Shown: piece after piece, positions 1 through 12,799 of the stretch
How the letters are laid out: each line of letters begins with the position of its first letter
Numbering within the stretch: the stretch's first letter is position 1
Assembly: GCF_009914755.1 (NCBI RefSeq)
Contig: NC_060925.1
From: the human T2T-CHM13v2.0 reference genome, Homo sapiens
Strand: one strand, 5' to 3'
DNA length: 64,000 nucleotides
Program-made: the position numbers and the translations under genes
Notes under the pieces: model-generated
What the model was told of the DNA's origin: nothing
The model's input: the letters and a program-made list of their open reading frames with translations, nothing else
Databases searched by the model: none

Positions 1-67
1 CTTAAAGAAATTTCTACACTTCCAGAAATGAATCTAACACTTTAAAATTAAAATCACAATGGGAGGA

Positions 68-503
68 TATAGCAGAGACTATAACTTGTGTGTTAATAGT
101 CATCTTCCTTCCTTTGCATAGCAATAAACTTTTTAGCTGAGTACAGAGATAGCCAGTCAGTCAAAGGCCAAATTTTCTAACATTTGGTACCTATAGTGAC
201 TTAAGAGTAAGTTCTGCTCTCTGGATTGTGACTGATATGATATATTCAACTTCTAAGGCATGCCTCCATAGGGAAGAAGCAGGCTCTCTTTTTCATTTCT
301 CCTTCGCTGCTGCTGGAATGGAGTTACTGTAGTGATAGCTGCAGTAGTCACACAGAACCACAGCTAAAAGGAAACTAGCCCTCTAACACTGTGAATACCA
401 GCTATAAAAGGCCTTCCTAAGTGTGAAAAATACTCGTATCCTGTGAAAGCTACCATTTGAGTCTTTTACTTCAGAGTAACTTAACATGTACCCTAATTTA
501 ACT
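68..503 (+). mobile_element. Old MaLR LTR (MLT1J/K-like), degraded
   Basis: MLT1-type start (agcagagact...catcttccttcc), gtgact..aagttctg segment and LTR-like 3' end. Confidence 0.5.
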
Positions 504-1004
504 GGAATTGATTTGACTAGGAATTTAGATGTTTCCATTCATTGATAATTTTATGTGCAAAATATTTAAACAATTGGAATAAAAAATGCAAGTTGGCTTG
601 ACAAAATGCTGATAAAAATTCTTCCAACCTAAGAACAATTTAAAAAATAAATCATTAAAAGTAAATTTAACAGTTTATTTCATAGAACATTGGCTTTTCT
701 ACATAAATAATGGTATTACATTGTATCTCTGCACTTCCCATATGTTCACCTTGAATTTGCAGAACTATCTGCAATACTAGAGAGATCCATTCCACATTCC
801 CACTTGACCTCCACCATGGTATGCTTTGACTGTCTTTCCTCTGTGCTGTTCTGGATATTCCAGAGGTATATCCTGTTAAAATACCTGTATCATAGGACTT
901 ACACCCTGTTATTATAATTGTGTATTTACTTATTTTTATTGTTAATTGAAGCAAGACACCTCAGTATTAGCACTGTTAATTCCCAGTTCACTGACGATGC
1001 TCAG

Positions 1005-1285
1005 TGTCTTTGCATTTGATATTTATTTCTTTTCCTCAGATCTACATTGGCCAGCTGGCCACATCTTTCATTGTCTTTGTTCAAATTTTGCCTCTTCAGG
1101 GAGATTTATCTATGTAAAATGGCACCCTCCTCCCCAGTCAATCATTATCATGTTAACCTGCTTATTTCCTTCATAGATTTTAATATCAGGAATTATCTGA
1201 TGCATTTATTTGTTGATTGTCGATTGTTTTCTCCTTGCAGTTTTTTTGAATGTACATTACATAGGAGAAAGAGTGCTGGGATTCT
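1005..1285 (+). mobile_element. L2 3' fragment
   Basis: gtctttgttcaaattttgcctcttcagggag...cctgcttatttccttcatag...gaatgtacattacatagg resembles the L2 3' end. Confidence 0.6.
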
Positions 1286-2029
1286 TCAAATTCAAACATG
1301 GATATAGTTTCTACCTTCATTGGACTGATAGAGCAGTGAAGAAAGCAAATATTTAACAATGATTACTCATGCAACCATTAAAAGGGTAATGTGACTCTTA
1401 CAAAAATGAAATATTTAATTTGATCACAAACAGTATTTATTTATTTCTTAAGTGAACGAATCATAGTTACTGTGTCTCACCATTGTACACAATATGGAAT
1501 AAAATTATAACTGTAGATAAATTAGTAATGCAGCATTATGAGTCTTTTCTAATAAACTGTTATTTAAATTGATATATTTTATATTTTTATCTGAATTTAT
1601 TTTTATTTCTGAACTAAAGAGATGATTATACATTTGAACAGCTATTCCAAATTTTATCTTTGAAACTGCACGTTAATACATCCTTTATTAATCTGCCTAA
1701 GTGAGAGACACCTAATAGAAATAAATGTGGTCAATAATATAATTTGAAATATTAAAGTGTTTTAAAGTATTTATAGTTATTCATTTATATAAAATACAAC
1801 ATATTGGCCTATTTAAAACATTTTGTAAAAGATCAGTTGTTTTTCAAGGTATTTAATCAAATGTCAGTTCTACCAACATATAATTAGGTTTCATCCTGTC
1901 TTTTCTTCTTTTTACAGTTCTGAATATACAGACTTTCTAAAAGTTACATGAGTTTTTGTTACACCCACAATTATCTATTTGAATAAACAAGTACTATATC
2001 ATAGCTAAGCTCACACATCAAACTAACCG

Positions 2030-2328
2030 TCACTGTGGCCAAGTAAATTCCCTTCACAATGAAATCAAAATAAAAGTAATGTTGTCACTTCTGGAAGAAA
2101 GACTTAGTAAGGATTGCACATTTCAGTTTGTATTTCCTGCCCTAGCAATTATGGGTATATATGGCAAAATGGACCACCCATCAGCCTGGCTATCTGAGTG
2201 ACTACAAGAAACTGAGTCCTTTCTAATTTTTTTTGGACTGGGAGAGTGAGTGAATGATGAACTTTTTTCATGTTACATCGCTGAAAACCTAGGATTTGTA
2301 TGTTATAGCAGTGTAATCTAGTTCACTA
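2030..2328 (+). mobile_element. MaLR LTR fragment (MLT1H/I-like)
   Basis: tgtcacttctggaagaaag...catcagcctggctatctgagtgactac...tgttatagcagtgtaatctag. Confidence 0.6.
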
Positions 2329-2334
2329 TTTCAA

Positions 2335-2540
2335 CTTGAGGATTCCAGGATCAATAGGATAGGGAAAGAAAAGACAAAGAGTGATTCATTGAGTCAAATT
2401 TCTTGGTCCAGAAGTAATATCAATGCTGCTTTCAATTCATTGGCTGTAATTAGTATCATGTCTCCATCTAAATACAATGGAGTTGGAAAAATCAGGTAGG
2501 AGGATACAAAGATCCCCAGTAGTCAGTCAACATTTCTATC
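2335..2540 (-). mobile_element. Old MLT1 LTR fragment
   Basis: ccagaagtaatatc...ttcattggctgtaattagtatcatgtctccatctaaatacaatggagttggaaaa matches an MLT1 5' half in reverse. Confidence 0.45.
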
Positions 2541-2554
2541 TCATACTTATTCAT

Positions 2555-2692
2555 AATTATGTGAATTTCATAAGTTACTTCTTTGAACTTCGTTATTCTT
2601 CCTCTAGATAAATGGAGAAATAACCACTTTATGTGGTTGTGGTAAGGTTTAGATTCTATGATATATGTGCAAGATTTATCATATAGTAAGTC
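2555..2692 (+). mobile_element. MIR fragment
   Basis: MIR core-like tgtgaatttcataagttactt...aaatggagaaataac...ggttgtggtaagg. Confidence 0.55.
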
Positions 2693-4964
2693 CCAGGACT
2701 ACTTTCCCAGACTTTAAAATGACTTTTAATTACATTTTTTGTAATTACATAACTTCATCAATTTGTTATATAAATATTTATCACACAATTACAATGTGTT
2801 ATTTAACTGACAATTCAATTTTATCATCCACAAACTATTTTTGCTAGCTTCTCAGTGATATATTGATTTACAATTGATGATGTATGTCTACATCAAATGG
2901 ACATGAGTTGGTTGATGAATAAAGGTTATCATTCTCCACTGGTTTCACAGAACTTAAATATCAACTTGATCTAGAATTTAATTTCTTAGAAGTCTGTCCA
3001 ATATCTGACAAAAATGGTAGAATGAGATATAATTCCACACTCAATACACATTATTTGTTAATAAATTATGCTTCCAGGATTAATTCCTATTTGATATTTG
3101 CTGTGATTTACCAGTTTATCACATAAAAGATGAATTGCCTTTACCTATGCACGAAGTAGCAGAGAATCAAGAGAAAGATTAAATCATGCAAACTAATGTC
3201 TGACATATGTGATGAAAAGGGATATTGGATGTAACATATCTTAAATATAGCTAATGCTTTGAAAATTCTTCCTGACTCAATTTATTTATCAAAGCTTGAC
3301 TTACACTAGATCAAAAAAGATCTTTATACCAATACCGGTTCTACAGTAGAACATACAAAATAATTTTAAAATCTTACAGATATGTCCAATTATTATCTCA
3401 TAAGAATAAATACTTGAAAGTTCTGATTTGATTTGCAAAGTCTACCATGTATATACACAGCAGTCAGAATAAAATTTTCACTGTGTTTTTATTTATACAT
3501 ATCTCCTTTTCCAAAGCATAAATAAATCATATTTGATATCATCTGATAATCCCATTTACACAAAACCACTCAGTTATTGTCATCTAAGAAAGGATCAAGA
3601 TTAGGGACATCAGAGTGAGAAAGCTAATAAACAAATCCTATTTTTTTAGTCGTTTTCCTCTTACCAATAGTTTCCTCTATGTAAACCAATTGTAAAATGT
3701 ATTCAGCTCAGACAGTAATTTTAAAGAAACAGAGTTATCTTTTAAAAGTGACATGGTAGTAATTTTATTGTCTACTAGATTAAGAGTGCATGGAGAGACA
3801 TTTTTGGTCATCTACATGCAAATAAGCATTGAATTATAATTTCAGTTTGTAGTGTTATATTATTTACCAGTTCTGGGGATACTTGTAATTCATGCAGTAG
3901 ATAATTACAGCATTGTTCTTTTAAATACCATTAGAAAAGAACAGGTGCAGTTTCTGAACACTAAGGACAATAAGCCAATCTGTGTTTAGAGCAGCATGCT
4001 TAGTGTGAAGAATGAGAATGTTACTGATGTGATGAGGACTTTTAAACTGTAGATGATGTTAGCAAACAAAGGATTGTTTTTAGTTGCCTTGTTAGCAGTC
4101 TTTATTATTCCGTTAGCATTTTCTCCCAAAAGTTTAGGACAATTTCTAGAGAAATGTGTATATCAATTCTATATACTGTAATGATTAACACAGAATGCTA
4201 TTTGCATGCTGTACTTCTAAAATCAAGACAGAATAAGAGAATAATAATCATGATAAATATATCGATAAGACAGCCAATTCTCATTTTACAAGAACATGGT
4301 GAACACGAATCCATTCTTTAGACAACATTTAACATTCCTATAAGATTCAAATATCTATTCTGGAGTCTGACTTTCTGAATACATATCTCTACGTAGTTGT
4401 GCTTACAAATAAATAATTTGCCAGTTGAGACAAAATAATTTAGTAGAACCTTATATATTCAGGAAAAAATTCTAGCATCGTGTCCAGATATCAATTTGGC
4501 TTCTACAAAAAAATTTGTCTGACTTTTGATGTGTTTCTTATCTCTCTAGTTTGCAAGTTTTAAGAGCAAATAAGAGAATTGACCCAAATCTTTGAGCTGT
4601 TTGACTATATGCCTCCTTTTTATTAATTGACAAATAAACAAAAACTCCTCTGTTTCTTGTGGCCTGTCTTCATGCTGCTCTTTGAAAAATCAGGAGTCTA
4701 CATTTGGGCCAAACTCTTCATGCTGTTTTTTGTTTGCTGCTTTGTTTTACTCAATTTAAGTCTTTTATCAAAAAATGTTTTTACTTACTCTTATAATTAG
4801 TGAATAAACTAGATTTCATATCTTTAAAACTTTTTCGCTGATTTCATTAACCTTAAGCATTATTTTAATCATCTGAAGAGTGGAAAAATTTGCTAACTAT
4901 GAAGGTCCTGGGCAGAACAAGGAAGAGAGTCCTTCTGCCTCCTGTCCACCACACTTCCCCTTAT

Positions 4965-5580
4965 CCTAATGTTTGCTGAGCACTTTTCATATTCTAGATC
5001 CTGTTCTAAAAGTGCCATATGCATTATCTTACCTAATTTTCTAAAGAACGGTAAGTATTCATATGACATTTTGAAGTTATCACTAAGAAGTGACTGTACA
5101 GCCAGGGATTGTGTTTCTCAGTCAGCTTTGCATCCAGGTATAGCCACGTGACAAGTTCTTGACCACACAGTCAGTATGAATGGCAGAGATAACTACTAAT
5201 TTGGGCCCTTATAAAACAGGCGGTGCTTTCCCACATACTCCTGCCCCTGCCCCTTTTACTGACCAGATGCTAATGTACCAAGTAAACTTGGAAGCCACTC
5301 ATCAAAAATGAAAAGCCACCATACATCGGGATTCCTGAACGATTATCTGCAGCTAAAGTACAAGTTCTCACACCAGTATAATCCTGCTCCCTATGCCCTA
5401 TCACCTTGGGTTCTTTTAACGTGGAAAAGCAAATCCATATTGTGTTCATTCATTACTCATTGTGAGTCTATTTGTTCTATCAGCTTGCCCTAACTGATTC
5501 AGATAGATATTATTATCCTCATTTTATAGATGAAGAAACTAGGACCAAGAGAGTTTAGGTTGCTTGTTTGACAGTAAAAG
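4965..5580 (-). mobile_element. MIR split by an MLT1 LTR insertion
   Basis: MIR 3' end in reverse at 4965-5055 (gctgagcactt...tgcattatcttacctaat) resumes at ~5505 (tattatcctcattttatagatgaagaaact). Confidence 0.6.
5090..5501 (+). mobile_element. MaLR LTR (MLT1I/J-like) inside MIR
   Basis: tttctcagtcagctttgcatccaggtatagccacgtgacaagttct... ending gccctaactgattca. Confidence 0.6.
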
Positions 5581-5839
5581 GTTATGTGTGTGTGGCGGGG
5601 GGTGGGGGGTGGGGGGACAGGGAAGCTAACTCCAAAATCGTGCTACCAAAAGCTGTGTACAAAGCCTTCACTCAAAGTTAAGTGGATATAGGATGTTTTG
5701 ACAGTAATCGACACTGGGTGGATATTCATGAGTTAAAATGTTGAGATTAACCAGTAATGTATAATTTTCAAGAACCCAACATAGTAATAATAACGATAAC
5801 CATTTCTATTCCACTACTGCAGCTATCCTAACATGGTAC

Positions 5840-7020
5840 ATAATATCTCTGTCAATGTAGATTCCAGGTTAGAAACTCATGTTTTTCTAAAGGCTTCTGA
5901 CTCCCACATTCTCACACATCCTTGTAGTCTACAAGGTCTGTCTATTGTATTTCCTCAATGTATCTTTTATTTATGCCCGTCTTCTGTGAAAAACTTTGTC
6001 ATCTGTAGTCTAATGTCCCCTGCCTCTAATTTCAACCTTTCTTAGCTACATTTTATACTATCACCATTGTGAAATATTTAACAAGTAAATCTGGTAGTAT
6101 CATTCTCCTGCTCCAACAATTCAGCCCACAGTTAATTCACATTGTGGACTTACCCAGCTCTCCATGATCTTGCTCCTATCTACAAATGCATTTTCATTTA
6201 CTCCATCTTTTTCTTTGAATTTATGAGCTAGAAACTCTAAACTATAACAGATACCAGACATTATCAGATTTAATATTCTGTATTGGTCATTTGCAATGGT
6301 GACTTTGGAAATATATGGATATAATAGTACCTACAACATAGGGCTGTTAGGATGGATAAGAAAACATATGCAAAATGTGCAGCGAAGTTTTAAACTGTCT
6401 ATCCTGGCTAGTGTGTAGAAGCAAAGGACTTGACTGAAATGAAAGTTTGCCAATTGTCTGTAATCTAAGCATCAATTTATAATATTCTTTAGTATAAAAT
6501 GTATGGAATACTCAGGACCTATATATCAAATTTGCCAATGACCTTTAATTATAGATTCCTGAACATATCTGCAATGTTCATGATTCTGTAGATTTGCATA
6601 TCATACTCTTCTGCCTATAGCCTCCTATAGATGGGTAATTTACCTAGAAACTACCTAATCAATCATTCTTTAAATCTTACCTAACATTATAACTTCATTG
6701 TGAAACTTTTATTCCCAAACAGAATTGGGTTGATTTCACTTATGTTAACAGTGCCCTCATGTTATGCCATTACAATTTTCGTAGTGTATTGTATTACATC
6801 ATGTAGGACTGTGTTATCTTAGATATTTGTATTATATTGGGTTGTAGTAAAACTCATTTCAATGTATCTTTATCAAATTGCATTTTAAGCTGTTTGTATC
6901 ATATTTTTTCTTATCCAATTGTAAATTTCTTCAGAGCATAAACGTTAAATATTCATCTTATTCTTCATATTATTTAGGAAAATGTTTAGCACAAGGTTGA
7001 CATTTAATGTTTACAGAATC
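5840..7020 (+). mobile_element. Fragmented L2 (several pieces)
   Basis: L2-like ctgtctattgtatttcctcaatgtatc and ctccatgatcttgctcctatctac, with terminal ttgtaaatttcttcagagc...tttagcacaagg. Confidence 0.45.
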
Positions 7021-7098
7021 AGACACATAACATAATAAATGAATGTGCATTTATTCAGAACTTACACAATATTGTACTCCATTTTATCCTCTGGATTT

Positions 7099-7604
7099 TG
7101 TGGTGAATTTAAAATATGTTCACAAGTTCTTTGAAATTCCTTCCATCAAGAAGTGGGGCTTAATTACCCTTTCCTTGAGTGTGGAAAAGATTTGCATCTC
7201 ACAGATAGCAACTGATGAAAATGACTGTAACTTCTGAGAATAAGTCATAAAAGGTTTTGTGTTTTCCTTCTCACTCTAACTTTTGGATCACTAACTTTGA
7301 AGGAAGCCAGCTAACATGTCATAAGGACACTCAAAAAGCACTTTGACAAGTCCACCTGTCAAGGATCTGACAACTCCTGCCAATAGTCATGCTAGTGAGC
7401 CATCTTGGAAGTAAATCTCTCCCAGGCCCAGTGAGGCCTACATATGACTGCAGTCTGGCAGGTAGCTGGACTGCAACTTCATGAGAGATCCTGAGTGAGA
7501 ATACTTAACTAAGCTACTCCCCAAATCCTGACCCCCAGAAACTATGAGATAATAAATGTTCTAAGTTTTAGGGAAATTTGTTTTGCAGCCATAGATAACT
7601 AGCA
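7099..7604 (+). mobile_element. MLT1F-type solo LTR, near full length
   Basis: TG...CA ends; ggtcataaaagg-like segment, gaagccagct..catgt, gagccatcttggaagt, cctgacccccagaaactatgagataataaatgtt, gcagccatagataactagca. Confidence 0.8.
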
Positions 7605-7799
7605 TTTTATAGATTATAGTAAGACTATACTTGTATTCTCTAAGAACTTGTAACACTGCATCTATGGGAAATTCATACTCATCCATAGGATACAATTATA
7701 ATGTAAAATAGTTTATTATGTGGTTTTAAATGATTAATTTAACAAATATTTACCAAACATCTACTGTCTTACTGAAAATAAATATATGCATTATAACTT

Positions 7800-8330
7800 A
7801 AGAATTTTACTTCTGAGCATGTATTACAGAAGAATCCCCACAAATCAGAGGCAGGACATGCAGCAGCATATTTACTGTGGCATAGTATAGAGTGGGAGGT
7901 GTTATAGATAATTTGGAATCACATCATGAGGGAATGGATTAAAAAAAGTATGATGGATGAAAAGCATAATGGATGCAGGCTAAAAATATATATATTCTAC
8001 AGCAATTAAACATCAAACAATATAGGCAGATAAGAATGGATGCATCTTAAAAACATACTTAATGTAAAAATGCAAAAACATGATGCATAATACACTTAAT
8101 ACAAATTGAATATGCATACTTGTACATCATTACATGTTACAATAGTACATCCATATTTAAGGACATATATCAAGCCCAATACGGTGGGTATGTCTTTTGG
8201 GGAAGGGAATGGAAGTCAGGATAAGGGATTTAAAAGGGCAAACTACATATATTCATAAAATGAGGCAGGGTCCTGGCCTAGAAAGAAAATGGTAACTATG
8301 AAATGTAACTTAAATCTCTGTATGTAAGTT
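7800..8330 (+). mobile_element. Ancient L1 (L1ME-like) 3' end
   Basis: aattttacttctgagcatgta, gggaatggattaaaaaaagtatgatg, gaatggatgcatcttaaaaacatact. Confidence 0.5.
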
Positions 8331-8419
8331 AAAAGAAAAAGTCAAACCAGACACATAAAACAAAATATAAAAGCAAAACAAACAAAAAACCCCAAAACCA
8401 CTTACTACATTTCTTGTGT

Positions 8420-9150
8420 TGGGGGATTTAAAATACAACAGCGAAAAAGAGAAATAGTCCCACTGGGGCTTTCATTCTCAATATATAAGTGAAATAATAA
8501 ATAAACAGGAAAATTTTAAGAAAGCGTTAAGTGCTGTGAAATGATTAAGGGTGTGACATGATACATAATAATACATGAGGTCTACGGTGGTTAGGGAGTC
8601 TTGGGAAAGCCTCTTCGTGGAGGTGATATTTCAACTGAAAGCCAAATGATTAGAATTAGTTCTCTGTGCAAAGATGTACAAAAGGATATGTGTTCCAGGT
8701 AGAGTGCAGATGCCTCGGCTTGGCAAGACAGGGATAACAAAGATCAATGTTGCTGTAACATCATGAGTTCATTGAGAGTGACAAAGCAGGATTATGTTAG
8801 TCGTAAGAAACAGGTTTAGATTTTAGCATTAGTGAAAAGGAAATCAGGGTAGAAAAAAATAGGTTTTACAAAATAAACATCATAACTGCTGTGTGGAGAA
8901 TGAATTCAAAAGAAGGGCGGGAGTGAAATGACAAAGACTAGTTATGATGCTACAGCTATAGTTATACTTTTAGGAAGACATATAATTATTCTGAGCAGTG
9001 ATGGAAACAGTAGCATTTGAAAGATTCTAAAGAGTCTCCAGAGACAGGCAGGAGTCATACAAACCAAGTGGGTTAGATGAGGGACTTCAGTTTTATTCCA
9101 GAGCAAATGGGTAAAAATAAAATTGCATGATCTGATTTATAAAATGATAG
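8420..9150 (-). mobile_element. L2 fragments
   Basis: gggaaagcctcttcgtggaggtgatatttcaactgaaagcc...tgttccaggtagag; actgctgtgtggagaatgaattc. Confidence 0.6.
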
Positions 9151-11409
9151 CCTACATTTTAACCCATGCTTTTGGGAGGGATATTAAATTTGCATAATGC
9201 GCAAACATTAAATATATGAGTAATAATAAAGTGTCAACATTTGGTGTCACTGATCCTACAGAGCTGGAACATGAGCTTTTAGGACAAGGCAAGAAACCTC
9301 CAGAGGAGGCTGGGAAAAGTCAGATGAGAGGTGTATCTCAGTGCCTCTTTACTACAGGTTTAGTGACAAATTTAGTTACCTGCTGAAGTACACATGTTAT
9401 TTAAGGATGATTTTAGCATCTAGAATAGTAAATGTATATACATCAATTAGCATCAGAAGTGTCTGCCAATGCCTGGCTTGATAAGACTCTGACCTTTCTT
9501 GAAGATAATCTTTCCAAGAAACCTAGATGAATTCTCCTGGTTGAATCTTCACAAAGCATTACTGCATTTGTGATAACAAATGCATATGGGAATTAATCCT
9601 TTCAAGATGCTGTTAAAAATACTCAATAAAAATCAAGAACTAGTAATGCTGCCATGATAGAATTTTTAAATAATAAGATTTTAATGGTATACACATTGTT
9701 AAAAGCTCTTTTATGGAAATGTTTCTGGGAATATTCCCTGTTTCAGTTATGCTTGGGGATTTTCTTCCATTTGTTAGTAGAACTGGGAGTTCATGAGCTT
9801 TAGTATTGTGGAGATGACATTTCTTTTCCAAAGCATTTAGAAATTTGTTATAATTTTTAATATAGTGGTTATACTTAATTTTGGTGTGTATGCATACAAA
9901 TGGGCAACAGAAACCACTTTTGGAAATTAAAGTAATATTGTAGAAGTAGCCAGAAATCATAATTGTGTACATTTCATGTTCCATGGAGATAACAATAATC
10001 ATGCCAATGACAAATATGTTTGTTTTTAATAAAATTACCAATGATACTTGCATGTGACTCCCTGATTTCTGGTAATAGCCCCAGGCTAAACTTGAGCATC
10101 ATGTAGTCATCTTGAATCATGATTTTGTAAAGGGGTAGATTACAAATTATAAATTAATAAATAATTATTTCTGCATTAGTTTATATTCTTCATATTATCT
10201 GAATATTGCAGGTTGCCTACAACATACGTAAAAAGGCAGAATGCAGCACAGCATATATCATTTTTCCTATTTTATTAAAATTTGTGAATATTTCTCTAAC
10301 TCTCTTATCTCTATACCAAGACACAAATATGTAAAATAATGCACACATTACTATAGTAGCTAACTTCTTGTGGAACAAAATTATCTTACCATGAAATGTA
10401 CTTAAAATTAAGTCTAGAAATAATAAGACAATTATGACTAAGGTGTGTGAGTGTATTTGTGTAGCAAACGTCTTCTATTCACCCCATAACAAGAGGCACA
10501 TGCCCTGGTTTCCTATTTTGTTAAAGATAAAAAAATATTTCATGAGAGAAATTCCAATACAGTACAATCATATTAAGAGAGTATTCATATTCAAAATCTC
10601 CAGAATATAATATATTGCTATCATTTTTTGAAAATTTTCTTTATATTTTGTTTTAAAAAGATAATTAATACATCCTTAGAGTTTTAAAAATGTTGACTTA
10701 ATTAGCAATGCACTTAAAGATCTAACAACCATTGTTTAACACATTGATTGGGTTGATTTGGGTTGCTGGGGATCTTTGTTTAACAAAATCACTACCTCTT
10801 AGGCTATGTACCTAGCCACCACAACTGAACTCAGTTCATCACATGGATTCCTTCTTTTCTATTCCCATTAGCTATGCACTAATTGCAGTTTTTCTCTAAT
10901 GCTTACATTATTCCAGTATACTGCTCACCTTCTTCCCTGCCTTCCCTCTTTGAATAATCTTGTTTGTCCAAATTTTTAACTTAAAACAATGCTTCAGCTA
11001 TTATTTTCTTCATTGAAAATTAAATTACCATGAGCTTACAATTTTAACATACGCAAACATTTTTATTTTTTCCATCATCTAATTCAAATTTTTCATATAG
11101 TCTGCATAAGTCTTGTAATTTGAGGGAAGCCATTATTCTTACCTTAATTTTTACTCATAAATAAATATGAAGAGACTTTTCCAAAATACTAATAGGAAGC
11201 AAATGTAAACCTAGAAGAGCTATGAGAAGTGCATATGGGATAATCATGGTTGCCAATTATTGAGCACTTACTACATAACAGATATTTATTAAACACTTGA
11301 AATTCAACCAGTCATTTATTTAAATTGACCCCAAATAAATTAAATATATATTTATATAAAATGCTTATTTAAAAGCTGGGGTATGGTAATTAATCAAATT
11401 AATCTATTA

Positions 11410-11580
11410 TAAGTTCTCACAATATCTGGATGAGTAGGTATCACTGTTCCCCAATTTACAGATAAACTAAGGTATAGTGTAGCTATGTGTCTTGCTCATT
11501 AAGAGACAATAAATAATGAAAGAACCATGATTTGAACATGACTCTTTTCGAATAAAACATTCTGTTTTTAATCTCTAGAC
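11410..11580 (-). mobile_element. MIR fragment
   Basis: tctcacaatatctggatgagtaggtatcactgttccccaatttacagataaactaagg...gatttgaac. Confidence 0.6.
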
Positions 11581-11619
11581 TCCACTGAAGGAGGTTTGGG
11601 GAAAAAAGGCAGGAGTAAA

Positions 11620-12200
11620 ATTTTGAAGGCCCAAGGCAATACAATTTTTTCTTTGTGAGCTATGAAGAATTATAGATGAAAGAGAGCAAATAAGGATGCC
11701 AGTTTATCCGGTTTTTATTTTTGGAAAAGAAATACTCTGATTGCCATGTGAAGGAAAAATTGAAATGATCTGAGACTGGAGGCAGGGAGCTATATCCCAA
11801 CTAGATATACAAATATTCTCTCGGGTGAGAATTCTAGACTTGGAACCAAAGTTTAAAAAAAAAAAAAAAACCTGAAAAAATGCTTCGCATTACAGACAAG
11901 AGGTGGAGGGGAAGGAAGTACAATACAAGAATTGTCTGGAATGATAATGGTGTGATTACAGAAGTAGCACATCAGGAGGATGTGAGATCATAGAAACTGA
12001 AAAGAGAGAATTTTTAAAAAGAGCAAAACCCGTACAGTTTTTAAGTATTTCCAGGTTGACAAGAAGTGATACGCCATTTGATCTGGCAATTAGATGGTCA
12101 TTATTTTAAGACTGATGGAAGAAGATAGTAATATTGGAGTGAAAGCCATTCTTCAATGTTTTAAAGAGTGGATGATATTAGATAAGTAAGAAAGAGGAAA
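11620..12200 (-). mobile_element. L2 fragments
   Basis: actctgattgccatgtgaagg...gagactggaggcagggag; tttgatctggcaattagatggtcatt. Confidence 0.5.
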
Positions 12201-12365
12201 CTAAAAGAGAATAAAGAAAAAAGTACATATTGATTATATTGATTAAATATAAATTATTTTAGATACTTTACATATGCTGATTCTTGTAACCATGACAACT
12301 GTCTTATCTTCCATTCTACAAATGATGCAACCTGACTTTACAGAAATTATGAAAAGACTTCCTAG

Positions 12366-12669
<304 letters not shown>

Positions 12670-12799
12670 AAGACTTCCTAGTTTTTGAATGGTAGATCCC
12701 CAGCAACCCAACAAATTTATTTATTAGTGTTATGAGAATCTTTATTTCAATGAAGACTGCTAAACATGAGTTACACATGATTTGAGGTGAAGTTATTGC

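Noticed and set aside
9640-10053. Longest ORF in the track (137 aa, minus strand)
   Set aside because: AT-driven composition, no recognisable homology, and no convincing exon structure.
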